Of a stretch of 64,000 bases of DNA, positions 24,801-34,070 are shown one piece after another. How positions within the stretch are numbered: the first letter of the stretch is position 1; each line of letters opens with the position of its first letter. A program made the position numbers and the translations under genes. The notes beneath the pieces were generated by a model. The model was not told the DNA's origin and searched no databases. It saw only the letters and a list, made by a program, of their open reading frames with translations. This DNA is from Monocercomonoides exilis PA203. Its lineage: Eukaryota > Protista > Preaxostyla. The DNA lies in the NCBI GenBank assembly GCA_001643675.2, contig LSRY02000018.1, forward strand, positions 434,001 to 498,000, given 5' to 3'.

Positions 24801-27011
24801 ATCAGACACCACAAACACATTCGGTGAAGAATCTCTTGTTGCGTTGTGATCGATTCCCACATGCCCCACCTCAAGCTGCCCACTTGTCACACTGAACAGC
24901 GTTGTTGAAGATGAAGAAAGAGAATTCGTTCCAATCACACTCGTCTCCTTTCCTTTCCCCAAAACATTAATCTTCTTTTCCCCAACATTGATTGTTTCCT
25001 CTTCGCTTTGATGTTTCCCGCTAAGGACTGTGATTGTCGAGCTCGATTGCATCAAACTCACCCTTGCAACGAACCCCACTGTTTTGCACGGCACTGCCTC
25101 GCTCATCCCACACAAACTCCTAAAATCGTCTCCATTCTCCCCAACAAATCGATCCTTTGGCCCTTCTTTCAGCCAACCCTTCTTTTCTGTGTACATATAT
25201 TTCACACCGCCCGAATAATAAGCATAGCATAATCTGTTTGAATTGCTATTCGTTGTATACGATTCATGGAACGGATTTTTCGATGAAAAGAGATTATTCA
25301 TATCGGAATAGTATACATCATGACCAAAAGGAGTGGAATTAGTGCATCTGCAATCATGAAAGAAGAAGAAATAACAATAAATGTTGTTGCTTGGAGCTAT
25401 TTTTTGATTTGGCCGAAAATCCAATCCTCCGCCATATATCGCAGCCTTGCACGAAATAAACTGAATGCTCCTCATTTTGAATGAAGCTGAAACAGCTCGA
25501 CAATACATCCCTCCACCAATTTGATTTTTTAGCTCGCATGAAATCAAACTACAGTCAAATACAAATGCACTCTCCCCTCCTCCATTTTCTTCCCCAATAC
25601 ATCCTGCTCCCGAATCATTAAAAGTGTCAAGATTTAGACCTCCTCCATAATTAACTGCTTTGCAATTTTTGAATTCACATCCACTGATTCTAACACATTG
25701 CGAAATCGCGGAAATACTCATTCCTCCGCCACACCAATCCTGTGCTGAGCATAAGTCAAAGGTGTTGTTCTCAATCTCAACGATTTTGATTTTCACGCAT
25801 AATACTCCACCTCCACTTCTATAAGCAAAACAGTTGTTGAATGCACAATGTGAAACTGAAAGAGTTCCGTTCTGCAGATCGTACATGAAAATAGCCCCAC
25901 CATTCGAAGTTCCATTAAAGTCTTCTGTATTGTTTTTTGTTGTCTTTGACCCATTCCACACACACCAAATAAATGAATTCGCCCCATTGTTTGTCTGATT
26001 CTGTCTCCCTGGAGTCAACTTTCCATCTGAAGTTCCTTCATATTTCACATTTCTTGTCCGACAACATCCGATGAACGAGGAATTCGAGGCAGTCAAAGAA
26101 GAAAAAGGGTTGTTGAGTGAGGGAACAATCCCACCATCATACACATCGCAAACCGACGAGAACGAGCAACTGCTCATCAGACATGATGTTTGATAAAATG
26201 AAGTGGTCGAAGACGAACATTCTGAAGCCGCTGTTGAAATGTTGAAAAATGACAGGTGAGAGAGTGAAACAAGAGGAATAGAAGGTGATGAGAGAAATGG
26301 CGCTGAGGAAACACAAAAAGAAGAGAAATGAGAAGAACAAACAGAAACAACACATTTTCCAGAATATTTACCTTCCAAGGCTTTTGAAGAAACCAGAGAA
26401 GGAAATATCTTCATAAACGAAGTTGAAGAAGATCTGAGTGAAATGTTGGTGAACAGCCCACAACTTCCAGTTAAGCAAAACGGAGGTGTTTCACTCAATG
26501 GTACAACTTCACAATCGTTCAATTCAACATGGCTCCCATGTCCTGCTTTGATAACATTTCCCCCATCATTTTGCCTCAGCCCCAATGATTTGAGCTTCAT
26601 CGAAGAATTAACAAGAATCAAACATCCATCAACCTCACTCTCTCCAAAATATCTTTCTTTTTTCCACATTTTGCACTCTTCATAAAATATTAAATCATTC
26701 GTTTTCTCATCTGGATTTCCTTCTTCTGTTCGGTTGAATCCTTCATTCAGCATTTTTTCACAATTATTCATTCCTTTTTCGTGCTTATCAGCTCCGTTTG
26801 TTCCATCTTCATTTTCTTCGGCAAGCACTTCACATATATATTTTCCATCATTTACGTCATTTTGGAGCATATCTACCCAAGGGTTCTTGAGATAATAAAT
26901 ATTTCGTTCATTCATTGATTTCTCTGCTTGCTCTGCCTCAGCACTTGTGGCACCAATGCACAGAAACTGTACACATATTATGCCAATAAGCAAACGTATT
27001 ACCGACAGCAT
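18828..27011 (-). CDS. Giant single-pass receptor-like protein: signal peptide, parallel beta-helix (pectin-lyase/Pmp-like) repeats, TM helix, degenerate TKL-like kinase C-lobe (2727 aa)
   Basis: First ATG at 27011 gives MLSVIRLLIGIICVQFLCIGATSAEA (signal-like). Repeated GGG/GGA-hydrophobic motifs and four CGxxxxPCx(T/S) modules. TM WPIIVIIVCIACVILLVVIIILAV. Kinase motifs LRWMAPE, VFSIGMMLWECLT, CWQGEPNER. Confidence 0.88.
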   Translation of the reverse strand: MLSVIRLLIGIICVQFLCIGATSAEAEQAEKSMNERNIYYLKNPWVDMLQNDVNDGKYICEVLAEENEDGTNGADKHEKGMNNCEKMLNEGFNRTEEGNPDEKTNDLIFYEECKMWKKERYFGESEVDGCLILVNSSMKLKSLGLRQNDGGNVIKAGHGSHVELNDCEVVPLSETPPFCLTGSCGLFTNISLRSSSTSFMKIFPSLVSSKALEGKYSGKCVVSVCSSHFSSFCVSSAPFLSSPSIPLVSLSHLSFFNISTAASECSSSTTSFYQTSCLMSSCSFSSVCDVYDGGIVPSLNNPFSSLTASNSSFIGCCRTRNVKYEGTSDGKLTPGRQNQTNNGANSFIWCVWNGSKTTKNNTEDFNGTSNGGAIFMYDLQNGTLSVSHCAFNNCFAYRSGGGVLCVKIKIVEIENNTFDLCSAQDWCGGGMSISAISQCVRISGCEFKNCKAVNYGGGLNLDTFNDSGAGCIGEENGGGESAFVFDCSLISCELKNQIGGGMYCRAVSASFKMRSIQFISCKAAIYGGGLDFRPNQKIAPSNNIYCYFFFFHDCRCTNSTPFGHDVYYSDMNNLFSSKNPFHESYTTNSNSNRLCYAYYSGGVKYMYTEKKGWLKEGPKDRFVGENGDDFRSLCGMSEAVPCKTVGFVARVSLMQSSSTITVLSGKHQSEEETINVGEKKINVLGKGKETSVIGTNSLSSSSTTLFSVTSGQLEVGHVGIDHNATRDSSPNVFVVSDGSGSLSLEDVLIFSSVNGEREISASIFVMELSQLRMSDVEIENMKMSQPLFEEPSSAGSTSGESMLANVTIRNVNRTTEGDGVVMAKSVKRGETFVVWNTTIEECECVNGNGGGIKVELLSSASKVLIGDSISHSGGTTSFNQCKCGGYGGGVKLHLANDSFDFEITTVNFAGCAATLGGKNVFVEAHDLSAVINSSSIGFNPVVEANKADLSELCGRERGKAELIVPLVVFLRTFSSPAYVSGREQGSEFRLCGYEDYPCRTIEEASEYRYLSSKRMIRLTSTFSFDEEVELNKESYEIDSNDKDIGIKIEATGTKTQEALVMNSVSSTLTGILFELGGSIGERSSFIHSSGGTLRFADCGMKMGNGANAVNYLFVSASGGKVEIVGMSCGGSVGEVRFVGSVIFVNGSCECLMDEVIMNQTISNGVSGLIEIATSSSATIQNCSITNCDLPSCGAIQVEKCSSIKLKNTSFENITRGKGDGGSLCVRSNDDGSQDIIRVENCSFRMCKVSEKGKGGGGLSVSLKHPSELFVSSTRFEKCCAPSTSGSEGKGGGMMLSVADADAKFELSGNLIFDQNKAEYGRNMFILANDLNTSVTNDSFKFDYSSMINNGNLFVGRDNNYSNKDLFMFLVPFSSFEIFISSEGFDVARCGSEEEPCQTMWKGMENMEKEIGKKTIQIEGSTIIQDSFNVTNYQIKKSVKMGEEDTKAILNFEKAIGSQLEYFMGNDFHFELTDIQLQLTSGFDNSAKTIISNKGGDLVITGCSFHSEAGVNNGFDCVFVDAIGGSVEVNDLSIESCNAGNSIFVIHDVGVSCHLVNVRVESLNESGGCLLQIKGPELATKINEGCEEMSLNIDNSSFSGVKRSDNGATILESKSENEICLVVNESNITEDKAETSEKGGAIFFTLESSGSMNMIDSKISNCNCSISSGKGGGVYLATDERGELNFSFVGMKFSDNGASVGKDVFIDCFNISSQINETQFQFDLRENHYSRINAIYGIDSCEHKEDTDLIEFVTIHQSDTIVVRSVDGSDERQCGTNTLPCYSIDYGLMHLTSELISQILVVEGSVIGQEINLKEMSLSSKSREMCKVEMKSEIEETRVVLITTTGTVSLLRVNFVFDSNFISQHESLISPEGGILDIMSCSFSSKLPVEGVNTEFANIPFHVINMEKGELQLDGCTMSNLILKESVLHLSSPLPSTIDSLTICNSIIETSLMDINECAQLTIKDFNTENITVEGNDESLISCLTMKKTIQLANCTIGGVSSKTAKGKLMKLEDCLDVKMDSCIFDGSSKERNEQYLNEEEEMCRWEGSLVDVVKSSVMMKVSTITNSPEGGITMRGGNVNIEKGEFLNNNPSIEGYPSLRRNIICSDSGTLNVLSLKGGDGLKDNTSLWMLNDGCSFEGIVSERDSSFFIPILENVETKEETDRMKLTFKGMLLVPCNLSYSVVKRKGEEKEIEKHDFDSNGFLSEKEVEGSVGKDLLSSCGNEIEVSVCILFGNAESPSSTEPFVVKNRSEIEQKGDERNVEGRKEGKSIWPIIVIIVCIACVILLVVIIILAVRWRRAKNENKDLREIVNDNIKKDPKAFEMVTMEMSPEEQWRRAEKEAEKKNEERIKKRVYAKSLGHSESSEHLLSESGSTEYILGRDSDKIPQWMLEKDEEEEIRKRTPSPSISSTSTTDASDTDTTFVRSECLCPTTSSMSNLVDAMACSSPHEKLIVDLRDSLFMLLHGRNEKKEMAIGNLKEREMTGVQILFWVANGALHSLEDEEDELPSLPNLSPHIVLFSEHMVICIVMHSDFLSDDDSDSSSISSSTVVTSASDDSEDSLPSSAFEDEDDYKKECLRWMAPELLMNRKMGATKKSVVFSIGMMLWECLTLQIPFGDYDAAVAGDKIVNGERPTVQSLGECSLKEAICKCWQGEPNERMSLVDLKREFVQRFPPGALIMTISDAVDYGESEDGEKESGWLTGDEPLVICERECGIVADQPDMVKKE

Positions 27012-28424
27012 GGGGATCAATCCACACGAAGAAGGCGCTTTCTTTATTTTCTTCGTTTTGGCTTTATTAGTATGGGAACAAATCAACAAATAATATTAAA
27101 ATTCATTTTTCTTATTTATTTTGTTCAAGATAATATTGTATTTGTAATTTTCTATAATTAACTGTAATAAGTTATTGATGTGTTTCAATTTCTATTTCGT
27201 TCGATCCTGAGAAAGATACAAAATGGATTGTTCGAAGTTCTTGAAATTTTGATTTTTTCATGATAACGTTGAGAAATGCGATGAAACTTTACAGAGATGC
27301 AATTGAATTTTTAAAAATAGCGTATGATCAGGATGAACAAATTCCTTTTAAAGCAATAGTTCGAAATTCATATTATAGTTTAACTTTCATTTATCCTGTG
27401 AATAGAAGAGGTTTGAACAATGAAAATGTTGCTGCTCTTTTTCACATATTATTTTCTGGTATTTATGTGATTTTTGTGAATTACTTTATTGTTATCATCA
27501 GATGCATTGAGTTTTTAATGAAATTGATATTTGTTGATAGATAATTAAAATGAAATGGATATTATTATGCAAATAAATGAGGCTTGTGCATTCTTTTTAT
27601 TAATGGAGTGATGTGGGATATTTCATTCCTTTTTTGATAAATTTTGTGTTTTTTCCGAAAGATACACAACATTGATCGTTTGAGAGTTTTTTAATAGATG
27701 AAGTGTACAAAAAATAGAGACTTATCAAAAAAGCTTTGACATTTCAGTTAGTGATCTTTTTAACATTGAATGTGTGTTTATCGTCTGTTTGATTTGAATA
27801 TTTCATCTTTTTGATTTTTTTAATTGTGATTTCACAATCTATTTTTATCTTTATATTCTTTTCAGGGCCAATTGAAGTTCAAAGGCAAAAGCCTAAGGTT
27901 TAAAATTTATATTGACAGAATTCTTTTGTGTTGAAGATTATTTCAAGTGGAGAAGAAAGGCAGAGAATAATTGAAGAACAGAGAAAGACATTTAAAGAAA
28001 AGAGATTGTGATCAGATTTGGAAAAGGAAATGTTTGAATAACACACAAAAGGGCAGAACCAATGGAAGCGCAATTATTCATTTCATGCTGATCTTGAGGA
28101 TTGGATTGAATGGTTGAGACAATTCTGAGTGTGAATGGAATTGATGTTGATGATGATTGAAGAAGGGAACAGGCAACAGCATTGCTTGGAAGTGAAGAGA
28201 TAGATAAGAGGGGAAAAAAGATCGATTTGGCCGAGAAAGAAGGAATTGAAGAAAAAAGATGATTTTAGCGAATATGTTAATTTGTGAATGTGACAAAGTT
28301 CCACTGGAATGGAAAAGAGAAAATCATTGAACAACTGAAGTTTTTCTTCCTCAAGCATCATCGTTCTTTTTCTCATAGGATAATCATCAACTACATCAAC
28401 TTGGCAAGAAAAGCCTTAAATACC

Positions 28425-29664
28425 TCTTCTCCTTCTCCTCCTTCTTCAACCAAATGCAAAAAACAACAAGAACCATTCAATCATCCATCATTGCCCTTTG
28501 GATACCCTCCATTTTACCCATTTCTTTTCCCTCCTCAGTTTTTGCCTTCACCTCAGCAGCAACAGCAGACACAGCAAAATGAATCGAAGAAAACACAGAA
28601 ATCGACAAACATTGCAGAAAAAGAAGAAGAAAAAGGAATGAATTCATTGAATGGAAAAGGAAAAGCCACATGTGATTTGTTTGGTCAAGAGCATTCTTCG
28701 AAGCAGCAGAAGAATCCAAAAGATAGGAAAGTTGACAATTCCAAAAATGATGGGACGAAACAGACAAGAAGGGAAGGCAACATCGAAGATGAATTGGTTG
28801 CTGAGCTGAATGATGATACAACAGAAGAAGAAAATGATGATGATGATAAAGATAATGATGACTCAGAGGAAGAAGAAGAAGAAGATGGGGTTGGAGAAGA
28901 GAAAGAGATTGAGAAGTTTTTTCCCTGTGAAAATGAGGAAGAAATTCAAAATGAAAATGAAAATGAAATGCAATATGAGACATCAGAAAACAAGGAAGAA
29001 TATCGAGGGGAAGATGAAACAGATAGAACAAAAGAAGAAGAAGAAGAAGAAGAATTCCAAGAGGGAAAACCAAAGTCAACAGAAAAGAAGACATTTGTGT
29101 TTGGGTTTGACAGCCAGTTTGGAGAAAGGATGGCATTTGATGACGGACTGGAAGAGGAAAGAAGATGGAAAGAGGAGAAAGACAGGCTGGATGAGGCAGG
29201 CACAAGTGAAGCAACAGACTTTTCACAGAAACAACAGAAACAGGGAGATTTCGATGAAAAGAGGCAGATTCCTCAACATTCCAACAAATTTGAATCCAGA
29301 AAGAGGCAAAAAGCACCTGAAGACAGAGCCTTTGGCAGAAACTCTGTGTTTTTGACATCGTATTCGCGACTTGCCTCAGCTTCGTCTGGCCTTGCCATTC
29401 CATCGGCATCTGAGAATGGCAGAGGAAAAGAAGGAAAAGAAGGGAGAAGAACAGATAATCAGGACAATGGGGATTGTTTCAATCATTTATCATCAACATC
29501 AACATCTTCTTCTTCTTCTCTCCAATCTCCCCATCTGCACAAGACACACGCCTCTCCTCGCTCTTCGTTGCATTCAGTCGAAGACCCAGTTTTGTCGATG
29601 ACACTGCCTTCGCATTCAGGAAGTGAGCTTCTTCGGATGAAAGAGATGCAACAACAAACAGCTG
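28425..29664 (+). repeat. 1.24-kb inverted duplication of 35487-36726
   Basis: Mirror-image ORF sets (coordinates sum to 65151). Only about three substitutions seen by eye. Confidence 0.95.
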
Positions 29665-29879
29665 GCTCTTCTTCTTCTTTTTCTTCTTCTTTTGTTTTTA
29701 TTTAACTTTCTTCATTTCACACTTCATCTTCCCAGAAATCTCCTATCCATCCTTCTGGTGAAGACAATCACTCTTCACCACCTTCATCTCCATGCACATC
29801 TTTATCATCTTTTTCTTATCCAATTTCATCCACAACCTCATCCTCTTCCTCAGCATCTTCATCTTCTCCGACAGGCCTT

Positions 29880-30413
29880 GTGACATACACCTCGCTCCCA
29901 GCCAATCTGAGGCCGACTCAAAACGGCGGGCATCGCATCCTGTTTGGAGGGCGCTCAGATGCGGACGATCTGTTTGTTGAGCCGACACTGATTCTGTGTG
30001 CGCCGAACACCACGTCGCGCTTCATGAAGGAGGAGATATTTGGGACGATTCTTCCGATTGTTCCGCTTCCGTCGGCCGGGTTTGCCAGCCGGTGTGTGGA
30101 CTTTGTGCTGGGCAGGGACAAGCCGCTGTCGTGCTATCTGTTTACGAGCGACAGCGAGACGAAGAGCTTTGTTGCGTCGCACATCTCGTCGGGGTCGATG
30201 GCGATCAACGAGTGTGTGCTGCAGCTGCAGATCCCGAGCCTTCCGTTTGGAGGCGTTGGGGAGAGCGGGATGGGGATGTACCACGGGAAGTTCTCGTTCG
30301 ACACGTTTTCGCACATGAAGGCGCTGCTGGACAAGTCGGTGTCGCTGGATGTTGGGGCAAGATACCCGCCATACACAGAGGCGAAGCTGAAAATGATCAA
30401 GAGGTTCATGTAG
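29880..30413 (+). pseudogene. Aldehyde dehydrogenase (ALDH3-like) C-terminal fragment
   Basis: EPTLI...MKEEIFGTILP...KPLSCYLF...LPFGGVGESGMGMYHGKFSFDTFSH...RYPPY. The NAD-binding domain and catalytic Cys are absent upstream. Confidence 0.85.
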
Positions 30414-31411
30414 AGTTGCATCGGATGAGCACATTTGCTGAAACTGCGTTGAACGATGTGAACAGCAGAAAAGAGTGAGAGAAGGAAAAACATTTAGGAG
30501 AAGTTCAGTTATATTTTTTCTTTTTCACTGATTTTTCTCTGTTGGTTGCTTTCATGTTTTTTATTTCTTTTCATTTGGAATTCCATCACTTTCCACCTCT
30601 GTTTGAAGAGTATTCACATTTATGAATGAAACACAGAAAATGCTTTATCGGATGCTTTCCTTTAGAAATGGCTCATGCTTTTGAAAAAAGGACAAGAAAG
30701 CATTTTATGTTTTTGAAACATTCGTATTTTCAAAGAAGAAACATTGTACCGTCATCGAATAATAAACCAAAAAATTGGATATTCCGAAATGAAAAAGATG
30801 AAATCAAGAAATGTGTGAAACTCACTCTTGAATATGAGAAACAACTGTTGAAAAACATTTGATAATGCAATATGTTGAATAATCTTCAAAATTTTCGTCA
30901 TTCATCTTCTTTGTTGACATCAAGAATTGAAATGATGGCAACTGATGAGGAAGTTGTTTGAAAACCAAAGAAGAGAATGAAAAGTTGCTGATTGGCATTT
31001 GTGAGTTATGCCTTTTTATTTTCTGAAGTTTTTCTTCAACAAACCGATTTCCAGTTTGTGATTCTTGCCTTTTTAAAGCTATGTTGAAGAATGAAGTATG
31101 AGAAGGAAAAGAAAGGGCTCTGATGGTTTTTATTTCTTTCTTTTTCTTTTCAGATGATTGTTTTCCATTTTGATCAATTTGAATGAAAAATTCATCCAAT
31201 TTCCAACAAGTATCAAGCAAACAAAACAATTTCCTCAACAATTCTTCATCTCTTCTTCATGCGATTTTTCTCTCTTCTATCTTTTTTATTTGCTTATTTG
31301 TCTTTTATTCATTCTCATCTTCATCATTTCTTCATCTTTTTTCTTTTCTCATTTTTTTTCTTTCATAAAGCTGAGATTTCCCTTTCCTTCTTTCTCTCAT
31401 TATTCACTCTT

Positions 31412-32826
31412 TTATTTCAGCTGCAGCAGTTCTTTGATATTTGCTGGCATTTCTTCAATTTTTGTTCCATAGAATTCCTGAATGTCTTTCAGCATCTGTC
31501 CATCTTCTTCTGTGACAAGATTGATGGCAATTCCTTTTTTTCCAAAACGGGCTGATCTGCCTATTCTGTGAATATATAACTCTTTCTCCATTGGCAAGTC
31601 ATAGTTCACAACAAGCGAAATCTGCTGAACATCAATGCCACGCGACAACAAATCTGTTGTAACGAGCACTCTGTTTTTTCCATCTCTGAAATCTTGCATT
31701 ATACGATCTCTGTCTTCATAATTCATTCCACCATGAATCGAACTGACTGTGAACTTTCTGCTCCGAAGATCTTCAGTGATACAGTCCACTTTGCGCCTGG
31801 AGTTGCAGAAGATGACACATTGTGCAACCTGGACTGAATCGTAAAGGTCGAACAGTGCTTCCTCTTTGAATTCTTCTTTTTCAACAGCCACATAGAATTG
31901 GCGCAGCCCGTCAAGTGCGAGTTCATCGCGAGGAACCAAAATTTGAACAGGATCGTTCAGAATCTGGCGAGTAATCTCAATGATTTCTTGGGGCATAATT
32001 GTGCTCATCACAACTGTTTGTGCATTCTTTGGCAAATTTGAGTTGATATCTAAAATCTTATTCTTAAACCCTTGACAAAGCAATAAATCTGCTTCGTCGA
32101 GCACAAATATTCTCAGATGAGAAACATCAATAATTTCTGAACGAATCATATGTACCATTCTCCAAGGCGTCCCAACAATTATGTGTTGAGGAGCTTCGGA
32201 AACTTTCCTTGCTATTTTACTGATGGCTTCTCCTTCAACAACTCTGAGAATGTTGAGGCCCTTCAAAAATTTTGCCATTTTTGAAATAACCTAAAAAAAA
32301 AATCGTAAACATCATTAAATGCTTAAAAAAAAATGCAAACATTGTGTGACTGCATTGCAAGTTCTCGAGTTGGAGTGAGAATCAACGCTTGCGTGAAGTG
32401 GTAATAAGGATCCACTTTCTGCAAGCAAGCGATTGAGAAAGCGGTTGTTTTTCCTGTTCCAGGCTGGGCTTGAGCAAGAAGATCACGCCCTCTAACAATT
32501 GGCAAGATTCCTTTTTGCTGAATGAGTGTCGGAGTCTCAAAGCCATATGAATAAACTCCACGAATCAATTCATCCTTCAAATGCATTTCCTTAAATGTTT
32601 TGCACAATTCACGCGAAGTTTCCTCAATTTCCTTGTCCCCTCCCGTCAAAGCAGCACGCTGAACTGGGTAAGAAGGTGAAGGACGTGGTGATTGTCTTCG
32701 AAAAGGAAACACATTTTTTTGGTGATGAGAACATTTCCCAAAGTTCAATGAACGGAATATTTCCCCAAATAAAATAATAAATGTGAATAAAGAAAGAAAT
32801 AACAAATAGTCACATGTTGTTGCCAT
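31412..32826 (-). CDS. eIF4A: eIF4A-like DEAD-box RNA helicase, divergent paralog
   Basis: Q motif [45 protein letters not shown] 50-bp GT-AG intron at 32291-32340 joins the two ORFs in frame. 5' exon structure uncertain. Confidence 0.85.
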
Positions 32827-34070
32827 TTCGAATGAAAATGACTAATTTTGAATCGAGAACAAACAATTTTTGTTATGGGTATTTTGTTTCAAACCATTTT
32901 TTTTTTGAGAAGAAAAAATTTCAGTTTAAGTAGTTCTGTTGAATATTTTTAAACCAATATTCTTATCTTGATGATTATTAAAATTTCACGAAAAACAATT
33001 CATTGTTATTGAATGAAAAGATTGTTCCATTTGAAACTTCTTTTTACTAATTGAAAAGAAATTCGAAGAATTACAAGAATGCTCAACAGATTCTTCGACA
33101 AAGATCATGACATTTAACTTCGTTGATGAGTTTGTCTTTCTCAATGTCAATGAAATAAAAATGTTTAAACAAAATCAAAAGGTGTTTGCGAACATTCCAA
33201 CAAAAATGAGAAAAGGATGAAAATAATCAAGCAATAAAGGAACAATTGCTTTCTATTATTCATAAAGATATATTAAAATTGAAAAAATCGAAGAAGAAGC
33301 ATTTGTTTGAAGATAACGCAAAAGTTTTGAAGCACAGAAAACAATCAAGTCACTGGAATTGCAAGGTATTTCACAAAAACTTATTTGAAATGTCACATGC
33401 AAAAAAAGTGATTGAAAAGGAAAAAGAAAAGAAAATCAACTGAATGGGTTTTGTGAAAGTTCTAAAAATGAATGATGATTTCAATTATTGTTTCTGGTCA
33501 TTTGGAAGTAATAAAAGAAAAAATGAAGTTGAGAGAAAGAATTTGTTCTTGCCCAGCTGAAGTGATGAATGCAATGTTTGTTTTTTTGGCTTTATTGATT
33601 TCACCTAAAGCATTGATTTTCCTCAGTTCAAAAATGATCTTTGAAAATGAAATGGAAAATCGATTCTTATATGACACATCAACATCAAAAGACTTTCATT
33701 CAGAACATCCCATCCACATCCCAACAAAACAATTGACTTGGATATTTCTCACCACAAGACTTGTTCAAAGAGGATCAGAAGATGCGATTGAGAACGAACT
33801 GAATTTTGAGAGGAAAGAGTCAATTGAAGTGACAGTTTTGGAAAAAAAGAAAAAGGAAAAGGAAAAGATGAATGAAGAAAAAAGAAAATAAATCAAAGAA
33901 ATGAACTGACTTTGCTTGAGTGCGGCAGTTATTTTGTTGAATCCAATTCTTTCTTCAAACGATATTGGAAATCGCTTGGCAACTGAAAAACAAAGCAAAC
34001 AGACTGACAAATTAATCACTTCAAAAACCCTTTCATGAACACCCAATTGTGAACAGTTCAAGCTGAATGG

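Noticed and set aside
18980-26685. Numerous + strand ORFs antisense to the giant receptor (and similar shadows over other genes)
   Set aside because: Antisense shadows of codon-biased or low-complexity coding sequence with no domain motifs.
27012-27089. N-terminal extension of the giant receptor given in the ORF track
   Set aside because: It starts at a non-ATG codon. The first ATG (27011) directly precedes a signal-peptide-like stretch.
29880-30413. Recent bacterial HGT of ALDH inferred from high GC
   Set aside because: Native exons in this window (e.g. 59080-59400, 54000-54600) are similarly GC-rich. A phylogeny would be needed.
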